A stretch of DNA of 59,451 nt, the filler included. It is 4 parts of 4 records of this genome, joined end to end, with 100 filler letters (N's around TTAATTAATTAA, not from the genome) between each part and the next. Parts side by side here need not be neighbours in the genome. Positions count along the whole stretch, not along the records: positions 1 to 12,215 come from SRR31156797_5863; positions 12,316 to 21,773 come from SRR31156797_5873; 2 more parts are not named here. The stretch is one strand, 5' to 3'. The position numbers and the translations under genes are program-made. The notes beneath the pieces are model-generated. The model did not search any database and was not told the origin of the DNA. It worked only from the letters and a program-made list of their open reading frames with translations. Each line of letters opens with the position of its first letter. The stretch's first letter is position 1. Positions 9,948-18,447 of the stretch are shown in pieces.

Positions 9948-11228
9948 ATGAATACTAAAGCAGTTCGTTTATATGGTAAAAAAGACCTTCGTTTGGAAGA
10001 GTTTGAATTACCGGCCATCAAAGAGGATGAGATATTAGCTAAAGTAGTTTGCGATAGTTTATGTATGTCATCGTATAAGGCGGCTAACCAGGGAACCGAT
10101 CATAAGCGCGTTCCTGATGATGTGGCCGAAAACCCGATAATCATTGGACATGAATTTGCCGGAGAACTGGTTGAGGTCGGTTCTAAATGGAGTTCTCAGT
10201 TTAAGGTCGGAGATAAATTCTCGATTCAACCAGCTTTGAACTACAAACAAGGTCCGGTAGGAATTTTAAGTGCGCCGGGTTATTCGTATCATCATATTGG
10301 AGGAGATGCAACTTATGTAGTTATTCCGGCTGAGGTAATGGAATTAGGTTGTTTACTACCCTATAAAGGCGAAGGATTTTATCCGGCTTCTCTTTCGGAA
10401 CCATTATCATGTGTGATAGGAGCTATGCATGCCAATTATCATACAACTCCGGGATCTTATATTCATAATATGGAGATTGTAGGTGGTGGAAAAATGGCTA
10501 TTCTGGCCGGAGTTGGCCCAATGGGATTGGCGGCCATTAATTATGCTTTGCGCAGAGAAGATCGTAAACCTGCCTTATTGGTGGTAACCGATATCGATCA
10601 AACAAGATTAGATAGAGCAGCTAGTTTGTACACTGTTGATTTTGCCAAATCCAGAGGGATTGATTTACGCTATGTAAACACCTCGGAAATGAGCGATGCG
10701 GTGGCCGGATTAAAAGAAATTTCGGGCGATACAGGTTACGATGATGTGTTTGTATTTGCTCCGGTAGCACCAGTTGTGGAGCAGGCTGATGCTATTTTAG
10801 GTTTTGATGGATGTTTAAACTTTTTTGCAGGGCCATCGAATCCTGAGTTTAAAGCACAAATGAATTTTTATAATGTGCATTATGCATTTACCCATGTCGT
10901 TGGGACCAGCGGTGGAAATACCGATGATATGAAAGAGGCGCTGGATGTAATGTCTAAAGGCTTGGATCCTGCCGGTTTGGTAACGCATATTGGAGGGTTA
11001 AACGCGGTGGCGGATGCTACTTTAAAACTTCCGGAAATACCGGGCGGTAAAAAATTAATCTACAACCACGTAGAAATGCCATTAACTGCTATTAACGATT
11101 TTAAGAAACTGGGACAGGAAAATGCCGTTTATGCACTACTAGCTGATGTTTGCGAAAGACACAAAGGACTATGGAGTGTGGAAGCCGAAGAATTATTGCT
11201 CGCCAATGCCAAAAAACTGAATTATTGA
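9948..11228 (+). CDS. Zn-dependent medium-chain dehydrogenase, L-sorbose-1-phosphate reductase (SorE/YggP)-like
   Basis: RLYGKKDLRLEEFELP, DSLCMSSYKA, HKRVPDD...GHEF, EPLSCVIGA and GVGPMG. Confidence 0.82.
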   Translation: MNTKAVRLYGKKDLRLEEFELPAIKEDEILAKVVCDSLCMSSYKAANQGTDHKRVPDDVAENPIIIGHEFAGELVEVGSKWSSQFKVGDKFSIQPALNYKQGPVGILSAPGYSYHHIGGDATYVVIPAEVMELGCLLPYKGEGFYPASLSEPLSCVIGAMHANYHTTPGSYIHNMEIVGGGKMAILAGVGPMGLAAINYALRREDRKPALLVVTDIDQTRLDRAASLYTVDFAKSRGIDLRYVNTSEMSDAVAGLKEISGDTGYDDVFVFAPVAPVVEQADAILGFDGCLNFFAGPSNPEFKAQMNFYNVHYAFTHVVGTSGGNTDDMKEALDVMSKGLDPAGLVTHIGGLNAVADATLKLPEIPGGKKLIYNHVEMPLTAINDFKKLGQENAVYALLADVCERHKGLWSVEAEELLLANAKKLNY

Positions 11229-11255
11229 TTTAGGATAAACTAAAAATAAGATATT

Positions 11256-11300
11256 CTCAAGCCCCGGCTATTAGCGTAATGCGCATAGCCGGGGTTTGAG
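11256..11300 (+). terminator. Strong hairpin after the MDR gene
   Basis: CTCAAGCCCCGGCTA...TAGCCGGGGTTTGAG followed by TTT. Confidence 0.6.
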
Positions 11301-11323
11301 TTTAAGCTCTAAAAAATGAACTC

Positions 11324-12040
11324 ATGCATAAACCCATTGCACTCATAACCGGATCAACCCGGGGAATTGGAAAAGCCATAGCTCTGGAGATGGCGAAGAA
11401 TAATTATCAGGTGATGATTACCGGAACCAATCAGGAATTAATCAATCAGGTAGTGTCTCAGATTATAGAAGAAGGTGGAGAGGCAGAAGGGTTTCCATGC
11501 AATCTTTTAGAAAGCAATTCACCTGCAGATTTGATTCAACAAATAATCACAAACCATGGTCGTTTGGATGTGTTGGTGAATAACGCAGGAGTGGCCTGGG
11601 CTAATTCCTTTGAAAATGTAACTGAAGAGGATTTTGATAAAGTGATGACTTTAAATGCAAAGACACCTATGTTTCTGACCAAAGCAGTATTGCCATACCT
11701 AAAGAAATCGGAAGAAAAGGCCATTGTTAATATTACTTCGGTGGTGGGACATAAGGCCTATCCCAACCAAACGTTGTATGCCGCATCAAAGCATGCGCTG
11801 GAAGGTATGATGAGTGCTTTGGCTAAAGAATATCAATCAGAAGGATTACGAGTGTACAACGTAGCTCCCGGCGGTGTAGCTACAGAAATGATTCAAACTG
11901 CACGACCGGATTTAGACCCGGAAGGCTTAATTCAACCCGAAGAAATTGCCAAAATCGTGATGTTCCTTTTGTCTTTAAAAGGCAATGCGCAAATCGATCG
12001 CATCAACATCCGACGAAAAGAGAATACGCCTTTTGAGTAG
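11324..12040 (+). CDS. Classical SDR family oxidoreductase
   Basis: TGSTRGIG, NNAG and YAASK motifs. Confidence 0.9.
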   Translation: MHKPIALITGSTRGIGKAIALEMAKNNYQVMITGTNQELINQVVSQIIEEGGEAEGFPCNLLESNSPADLIQQIITNHGRLDVLVNNAGVAWANSFENVTEEDFDKVMTLNAKTPMFLTKAVLPYLKKSEEKAIVNITSVVGHKAYPNQTLYAASKHALEGMMSALAKEYQSEGLRVYNVAPGGVATEMIQTARPDLDPEGLIQPEEIAKIVMFLLSLKGNAQIDRINIRRKENTPFE

Positions 12041-12215
12041 TGTATTTTCAATTTCAAAATATCACTATCCAATAGATTGATGTAAATAATTGTACTATAC
12101 TTCTTAAGAATCGAGTATACACAATTAGATTTATTTCATACAAGCAAATGCAGTCTGACCTCGTTTTTAAATGTCGTTTGTTTTGACTAAAACGTTAGTA
12201 AGACCGGGAAGTTGA

Positions 12216-12315
12216 NNNNNNNNNNNNNNNNNNNNNNNNNNNNNNNNNNNNNNNNNNNNTTAATTAATTAANNNNNNNNNNNNNNNNNNNNNNNNNNNNN
12301 NNNNNNNNNNNNNNN
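12216..12315. other. Artificial contig linker
   Basis: 44 N + TTAATTAATTAA (stops in all six frames) + 44 N. Confidence 0.98.
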
Positions 12316-12316
12316 G

Positions 12317-12826
12317 GATATGTTATGGATGGGATATATGAATCCTTTTTATAATTATGGATTAGAAAACTTCTTAAAAAAAGCCGATGAATTTGGTGTA
12401 AATGGTATGATTATTCCAGATTTACCTTTTGAGGAAGCACAATTAGTTAAACCTTTATTTGATAAATACAATAAAGCAAATATTGCCTTTGTAGCTCCTA
12501 CTCACCATGAAAATAGAATTAAGCAAGTAGTTCAAAATGCTGAAAAATTTATTTATATGGTTGCTTATGCTGGTATTACGGGAAGTGGTCAAAGTGAAGA
12601 TTTAACTTACATTATTGATACAGTGAAAAAATACTCAGACACTCCTTTATACATAGGTTTTGGTGTTGATGAAAAGACTTGTAAAGAGAAGGCTAAAGGT
12701 GTTGATGGTGTTATTGTTGGAAGTGCTTTTGTAAAACACTTAATTGATACTTCATTGTCAAATAGTGAAAAAATTGATAGAATAACAAAAATCGCAAAAG
12801 AAATAAAAGAGAAGATAAACGAATAG
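12317..12826 (+). CDS. trpA: Tryptophan synthase alpha chain, 5'-truncated by the contig edge
   Basis: MGYMNP, IIPDLPFEE, FIYMVAYAGITG, IGFGV and DGVIVGSA. Confidence 0.92.
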   Translation, partial: DMLWMGYMNPFYNYGLENFLKKADEFGVNGMIIPDLPFEEAQLVKPLFDKYNKANIAFVAPTHHENRIKQVVQNAEKFIYMVAYAGITGSGQSEDLTYIIDTVKKYSDTPLYIGFGVDEKTCKEKAKGVDGVIVGSAFVKHLIDTSLSNSEKIDRITKIAKEIKEKINE

Positions 12827-12833
12827 ATAGATT

Positions 12834-13571
12834 ATGCATATTTTAGAACGGGACGTAGAATTTGTAGAAGAGCAACGAGAGTGCTCATATTTTGATGATG
12901 AAATATCTGATATAAGATATAGGTACATAAGTAATTGCAAAAAAGAAGACTACCAAAACATGCTAGAACATGGTTGGCGTAGATTTGGTAAAATGCATTT
13001 TGTACCTGAATGTAGAGATTGCACAAAATGTATCTCTATGCGTATCGATGTAAAAAACTATAAATTTTCTCGTTCTGAAAAAAGAGTATTTAAAAAGAAT
13101 CTAGATACAAAAGTTTATATTCAACCCCCATCTCTTACTTTAGACCATTTAAAACTTTATGATAAATATCATTACCACATGAACAAAAAGAAAAACTGGA
13201 ATTACTCTCCAATTGAACCTGCTGAGTATGACAGGTCTTACGTTCAAGGGAAAGATGATTTTACAAAAGAGTTTTTATATGTAAGGGATGATAAGTTAAT
13301 TGGAGTAGCTTTAGTTGATATTTTATCTGGGGCTATTTCTTCTATTTACTGTTTTTATGACCATGACTACGAAGACCTATCTATAGGGAAGTTTTCAATT
13401 CTAGCTCAAATAAAAATAGCAAAAGAGTTAAATGTTCCATATATCTATTTAGGGTATTGGATTAAAGACCATTTTTCAATGGGATATAAAGATGCATATA
13501 AGCCTTTTGAAATTTTAACTAATAGAGCAACTCTTAAAGAAGAGGCTATTTGGGAAGAGTACAAATCGTAA
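12834..13571 (+). CDS. ate: Bacterial ATE-like aminoacyl-tRNA--protein transferase (Bpt-type, N-degron pathway)
   Basis: CSY, GWRRFG, CxxCxxCxxxR, YCFYD and YIYLGYWI. Confidence 0.88.
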   Translation: MHILERDVEFVEEQRECSYFDDEISDIRYRYISNCKKEDYQNMLEHGWRRFGKMHFVPECRDCTKCISMRIDVKNYKFSRSEKRVFKKNLDTKVYIQPPSLTLDHLKLYDKYHYHMNKKKNWNYSPIEPAEYDRSYVQGKDDFTKEFLYVRDDKLIGVALVDILSGAISSIYCFYDHDYEDLSIGKFSILAQIKIAKELNVPYIYLGYWIKDHFSMGYKDAYKPFEILTNRATLKEEAIWEEYKS

Positions 13572-13616
13572 CCAAAATATGATATAATTTCTCCAACATA
13601 AATAAAGTGAGAAGAT

Positions 13617-13955
13617 ATGAAAAAAATTATATTAATATCTCTTTTTTTACTTTCAACAATTTTTGCAGAGACAATTGATGAAGATACAAAATATAGTGCT
13701 GATTGTTTAATTTTAGAGGATGAGAACTCTATAGTTTGTAAATATATTCATGAGCGTTCAGAGGAAGACAAAGAGATTCAAGTTCAGTGGATTGACCCAG
13801 ATGGTGAGATTTCAAGGGATAGAGTTTTACTTATTCCAGCAGGGCATGGATCAATTTATGATTTTAGATATATTGCAGGTAGACTTCCTGGAATATGGCA
13901 ATTTAAAGTTATAGATAATAAAAGAGAGACAGTAACTACTTTCGAAATCAAGTAA
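13617..13955 (+). CDS. Hypothetical exported protein
   Basis: Signal peptide MKKIILISLFLLSTIFA followed by a small beta-rich mature domain. Confidence 0.7.
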   Translation: MKKIILISLFLLSTIFAETIDEDTKYSADCLILEDENSIVCKYIHERSEEDKEIQVQWIDPDGEISRDRVLLIPAGHGSIYDFRYIAGRLPGIWQFKVIDNKRETVTTFEIK

Positions 13956-13963
13956 TAGTTAGT

Positions 13964-16072
13964 TTAACTAACTATTACTTTTGCTACATTATAAGCTATA
14001 AATGACAGTATCCACGCTGTTACAGTTGTGAAAACAAATAGATAAGCCAGATACTTCCAACCTCCAGCCTCTTTTGCAAATACCATTGAAGCAGCTAAGC
14101 AAGGTAAATAAATCATAACAAATACAATAAATGATATTGCAGAAACAAAAGGAATATTTGCTTTAACTTTATTTATAAGTGTATCACTCTCTTCTGAATT
14201 ATCTTCACCTAAACCATATAAAATTCCTAAAGTTGAGACAACAATCTCTTTTGCTGCAAGTCCAGTTTCAAGTGCAACTGTCATTCTCCAATCAAACCCA
14301 AGTGGTTCAAATAAGGGTTGAGAAAACTTACCAATTTTACCTAAATAAGAGTTTTCAAGATTGTATAAAGCTAAGTCATTTTCAAGTTTCTCAATTTCAT
14401 TTATACTAGAAGCTTGTTCTATCTTTGTATTAACCATCTCTTCATACTCTAAATGCTTAGGATAGTTTGAAGCAAACCAAATTAAAATAGAAGCAGCAAG
14501 GATAAAAGTACCTGCTTTTTTTAAGTACATTAAGGCTTGATTTGAGACTGTATGCCAAATAAGTTTAAATGAAGGCATTCTATATTTGGGCATTTCCATA
14601 ACAAAAGGTTCATCTTCATTTTTAAATGCAGTTACAGTTAAAACTTTTGCAGCTAATAAACCTAGAAGTGCACCACTTATGTAGATTAAAAATAGAATAT
14701 TCCCGGCATTCTCTTTAGAAAAAAAGGCTCCAGTAAATAGAACATAAATAGGAAGCCTAGCTCCACAAGACATAAACCCTATGATGAAAAGAGTTAATAA
14801 TCTATCTTTTTCATTTTTTAAAGTTCTAGCTGCCATATAAGCTGGAACTGAACATCCAAATCCTGTAACAAGAGGAATAAATGATTTTCCATGTAATCCA
14901 AATTTATGAAAGAAGCCATCAAGTAAGAAAGCAACTCTACTCATATAACCTGTTGTTTCTAAAAGGGCAATTCCAAAGAATAAAATCACAATATTTGGTA
15001 AGAATAAAATTACAGAACCAACTCCTGCAATTGCACCATCTGCTATTACTGAGGAGATTTGATTATCCCCTAAAGCATTTTTTGTACTATCAATTAAGCT
15101 TGCAAAAAATGAATCAATAATATCCATTGGAATATTTCCAAGTTCAAAGGTTAATTGAAATAAAACCCACATTAAAAATAAGAAAATAGGAAGTCCAACA
15201 AACTTATTGATTAGAATATTATCAATTTTATCACTTAAAGATTTATCTTCAATTTTTTCATTTAAAGTAACAGTCTCTTTTACTGCACCTTTTGCAAAAG
15301 CAAACTTTTCATCATCAAAAATATCTTGCATATTTTTAGTATGAAAGTGAATATATAGATGTTCAAAAGAGTTATTTACTAAAGGTTGTAACTCTATCCA
15401 TATTGGCTCATTGTGGAACTTTAGAAAGGTTTGTTTATTTTCTTTTAAAAGCTTAACTGCTAAATCTCTATATGGTACATCTGAAGGGAAGTTTTTTTCT
15501 TTTAATAGTTTACAAATATTTGAAATCTCTTCTTCAATAACATCAGAAAAAATAAGTTTTGATTCAAGTTTTTTAGTTTCAAATTTTTTTATTAAGTTTT
15601 TAATTAACTCATCTACACCTTGTTTGTTTTTTGCAGATGTTTTAATACAAGGTTTGCCAAGTATTTTACTTAGTTGCTCCTCATCTATAGTGATATTCTC
15701 TTTTTTTGCTTCATCACTCATGTTTAAAGCAATAACCATTTTTTTGTCAAGTTCTAAAAGTTCTGTTGTTAAATAAAGATTTCTCTCTAAGTTTGTTGAG
15801 TCAACAACATTTAGAATAATATCGTAATCACTATCTTGTAAATAATTTTTTGTCACTTTCTCTTCTAGAGTATAATCACTTAAAGAGTAAGAACCAGGTA
15901 AGTCTGTAATTTCTAAAAGATAGTTTTCATACTCAAATTCAACTACAGTTTTCTCAACAGTTACACCTGAAAAGTTTCCTACTTTTAATTTTGAGTTTGA
16001 AATTGAGTTGATAAGCATAGACTTACCAACATTTGGTTGCCCAACAAGGGCAATTTTAATTAGTTTTTGCAT
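13964..16072 (-). CDS. feoB: Ferrous iron transporter B
   Basis: GQPNVGKS, VGNFSGVTVEK, DLPGSYSL and NMSD G-domain motifs; membrane motifs GFGCSVP and MSCGARLP. Confidence 0.96.
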   Translation of the reverse strand: MQKLIKIALVGQPNVGKSMLINSISNSKLKVGNFSGVTVEKTVVEFEYENYLLEITDLPGSYSLSDYTLEEKVTKNYLQDSDYDIILNVVDSTNLERNLYLTTELLELDKKMVIALNMSDEAKKENITIDEEQLSKILGKPCIKTSAKNKQGVDELIKNLIKKFETKKLESKLIFSDVIEEEISNICKLLKEKNFPSDVPYRDLAVKLLKENKQTFLKFHNEPIWIELQPLVNNSFEHLYIHFHTKNMQDIFDDEKFAFAKGAVKETVTLNEKIEDKSLSDKIDNILINKFVGLPIFLFLMWVLFQLTFELGNIPMDIIDSFFASLIDSTKNALGDNQISSVIADGAIAGVGSVILFLPNIVILFFGIALLETTGYMSRVAFLLDGFFHKFGLHGKSFIPLVTGFGCSVPAYMAARTLKNEKDRLLTLFIIGFMSCGARLPIYVLFTGAFFSKENAGNILFLIYISGALLGLLAAKVLTVTAFKNEDEPFVMEMPKYRMPSFKLIWHTVSNQALMYLKKAGTFILAASILIWFASNYPKHLEYEEMVNTKIEQASSINEIEKLENDLALYNLENSYLGKIGKFSQPLFEPLGFDWRMTVALETGLAAKEIVVSTLGILYGLGEDNSEESDTLINKVKANIPFVSAISFIVFVMIYLPCLAASMVFAKEAGGWKYLAYLFVFTTVTAWILSFIAYNVAKVIVS

Positions 16073-16296
16073 GATAGTTTCTCTACTTCAATATATCTTG
16101 CTTCTGATTTTCGTAAGGCAATCTTTGTATTATTTACTTTTATTTCGATTGTGTTTTTTGATAAGGTTTGCTCTATAACTACTACTTCTGAATTTCTTGT
16201 AATACCAAAAGAGTTAAGTCTTGCTTTTAGTTTATCTGTACATGAGATAGAAATAATTTTCGCACACTCATTTTTAGATAGTTCATTTAAATACAA
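16060..16296 (-). CDS. feoA: Ferrous iron transport protein A
   Basis: RLNSFGI...IALRKSEA SH3-like FeoA pattern; overlaps the feoB start; GGA RBS before the TTG start. Confidence 0.88.
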   Translation of the reverse strand: MYLNELSKNECAKIISISCTDKLKARLNSFGITRNSEVVVIEQTLSKNTIEIKVNNTKIALRKSEARYIEVEKLSCKN

Positions 16297-16311
16297 TTAA
16301 GGTCCTTCATT

Positions 16312-16330
16312 AATAATGATTATCATTAGT
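16312..16330. promoter_or_regulatory. Fur box upstream of feoA
   Basis: AATAATGATTATCATTAGT matches GATAATGATAATCATTATC at 15/19 and contains a perfect 7-1-7 palindrome TAATGAT-T-ATCATTA at 16314-16328. Confidence 0.85.
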
Positions 16331-16491
16331 CAATAGTACTGAAAAAATACTTAAAATATTAAATTAATTTCTTTGCTATGAAGAGTTTTTGGTGTAATAT
16401 AACTAAAATTAATGCTATTTGTGAAAGAGTTTAAGTAAAATTGAACTGTTTTGTGCAATAATTATATAATAAAATATTTAAGGGTAGATTG

Positions 16492-16932
16492 ATGGCAGAT
16501 AGCAATGAAGTAATTGATGAACTGAAAAAAATTGTTAAACAAAAAGGTTTAAAATATACAGAGCAAAGAGAAATTGTTCTAAATGTTTTACTTCACGCTG
16601 ATGACCACTTAACTGCTGAGGAAATTTATAATCTGATTAAAACAACTAATCCAGACTCTAATATAGGTATTGCTACTGTTTATAGAGCACTAAGTTTTCT
16701 AGAAGAAGTTAATTTAATTGCATCAATTAATTTTGGTGTAGATGGTAAGAAGTATGAGAGTAATAAAAAAGAGCATCATGATCATCTAATTTGTACATCT
16801 TGTGGAAAGATTATTGAGTTCTTAGATGATGAAATTGAAAAAAGACAAGACAGAATTGCTAAGAAGAACAAGTTTAAGATCACTAGTCACTCTATGCAAC
16901 TTTATGGTACTTGTCCAGATTGTCAAGAGTAA
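16492..16932 (+). CDS. fur: Ferric uptake regulator
   Basis: GLKYTEQR, HLTAEE, IGIATVYR, HHDHLICTSCG and CPDC; TATAAT at 16465-16470 upstream; divergent from Fur-boxed feoAB. Confidence 0.9.
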   Translation: MADSNEVIDELKKIVKQKGLKYTEQREIVLNVLLHADDHLTAEEIYNLIKTTNPDSNIGIATVYRALSFLEEVNLIASINFGVDGKKYESNKKEHHDHLICTSCGKIIEFLDDEIEKRQDRIAKKNKFKITSHSMQLYGTCPDCQE

Positions 16933-16949
16933 AAATAGGAATACTTTTC

Positions 16950-17447
16950 CTATTTAAACTCATTTTTTAAAACCTTCGTCCAATCCTCTATTTTTTCTGA
17001 ATAATTTTCATCATTTTCAATATCAAGTGCTAAGCCTACAAAAGAGTTTTTAATAACTGCTTCTGACTTCTCAAATTCATAACCTAAAGTAGAAGTAAAA
17101 CCTATAACTTGTGCATTGGCTTTAATAAGTTGTAAATAAATTTTGCCCATGGCATCTAGAAAATTATTTTTATATTTTTTCTGATTTCCTAAGCCAAATA
17201 TTGCAACTTTTTTATTTTTAAAATTTATTTTTGAAAACTGATTCCAGACCTTTTCCCAGTCATCTTGCATTCTTCCTTCTTCCCAAGTGGAAACACCAAG
17301 GATTATATTTTCATAGTCTTGCATATATTCGCAACCTGTAACTTTTAGATCATACTCTTTTATACCATCTAAACTTTTTGAAATCTGCTTTGCAATCTCT
17401 TTTGTATTACCCGTATTGCTAGCATAAAAAATTGCTATATTTTTCAT
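16950..17447 (-). CDS. Long-chain flavodoxin
   Basis: YASNTGNT phosphate loop, STW..G.MQDDW, VAIFGLG and FVGLALD. Confidence 0.88.
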   Translation of the reverse strand: MKNIAIFYASNTGNTKEIAKQISKSLDGIKEYDLKVTGCEYMQDYENIILGVSTWEEGRMQDDWEKVWNQFSKINFKNKKVAIFGLGNQKKYKNNFLDAMGKIYLQLIKANAQVIGFTSTLGYEFEKSEAVIKNSFVGLALDIENDENYSEKIEDWTKVLKNEFK

Positions 17448-17538
17448 AGATAATCCTTGATGATTTTTTATTATTATATCAAAATTTTTGTTTTTTTTTG
17501 TTATAATCCGCGAATTAATATATAAGCTAAGGTTTTAA

Positions 17539-18447
17539 TTGTTTTTCAAAAAAATATTTCTTTTTAACTTTCTTACGCTAACACTTCTTGCTTCAAGTAT
17601 TGAACCAATTCCTTTAAAACTTGAATATGATTATGATAAAGCTATTTTAGGGAAAAAACTCTTCTTTGATAAAAGACTTTCAAAGGATAATAGTATCTCT
17701 TGTGCAAGCTGCCATGATTTAACTAAAGGTGGAGATGATGGACTAAAGTTTTCTGTTGGAATAGATGGAAAACTAGGGGACATAAATGCTCCAACAGTTT
17801 TAAACTCTGTATTTAATTTTAGACAGTTTTGGGATGGAAGAGCAAAAGATTTAGCAGAACAAGCTAAAGGACCTATTGAAAATCCAATTGAGATGGGCCA
17901 TGATTTTACTAAACTTTTAGAGGTTTTAAAAACAAGTTCTTATGAAAAAAGTTTTAAAGCTATATATGAAGATGGAATTACAAAAGAAAATCTTGTAGAT
18001 GCAATTGCTGAGTTTGAAAAAACATTAATTACTCCTAATTCTGCTTTTGATAGATATTTAAAAGGTGATGAGAATGCAATAAACTCTTTTGAGAAAGAGG
18101 GCTTTGAGTTATTTAAAAATAAAGGTTGTATCTCTTGTCATAATGGTGTAAATATTGGTGGAAACTTATATAGTAAGTTTGGAATGCTTATAGATGTTGA
18201 CAGTAAAAACCTAGGTAAATATAATGTTACTAAAAATGAGTTGGACAAGTATTATTTTAAAGTACCAACATTAAGAAATATAAGTTTAACTGCACCATAC
18301 TTTCATGATGGTAGATACTACGATTTAAAAGAAGCAGTAAAAACTATGGCATTAGTACAGTTAGGTAGACCTGTTACAGATTTAGAAATAGAAAAAATTG
18401 TAGCATTTCTAAAAACATTAAATGGGGAATTAAAAATAATAGAATAG
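17539..18447 (+). CDS. Diheme cytochrome c peroxidase (bCCP/MauG superfamily)-like periplasmic protein
   Basis: Signal peptide, two CxxCH motifs (CASCH, CISCH), FWDGRA, KVPTLRN and APYFHDG. Confidence 0.88.
   Translation: MFFKKIFLFNFLTLTLLASSIEPIPLKLEYDYDKAILGKKLFFDKRLSKDNSISCASCHDLTKGGDDGLKFSVGIDGKLGDINAPTVLNSVFNFRQFWDGRAKDLAEQAKGPIENPIEMGHDFTKLLEVLKTSSYEKSFKAIYEDGITKENLVDAIAEFEKTLITPNSAFDRYLKGDENAINSFEKEGFELFKNKGCISCHNGVNIGGNLYSKFGMLIDVDSKNLGKYNVTKNELDKYYFKVPTLRNISLTAPYFHDGRYYDLKEAVKTMALVQLGRPVTDLEIEKIVAFLKTLNGELKIIE

Noticed and set aside
12088-12215. Imperfect hairpin and contig-terminal sequence as a possible IS end
   Set aside because: No transposase or second inverted repeat is visible.
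12260-12271. TTAATTAATTAA palindrome (also at 21818-21829 and 45250-45261) as a biological repeat
   Set aside because: Flanked by N-runs of fixed length; it is an artificial all-frame stop linker.
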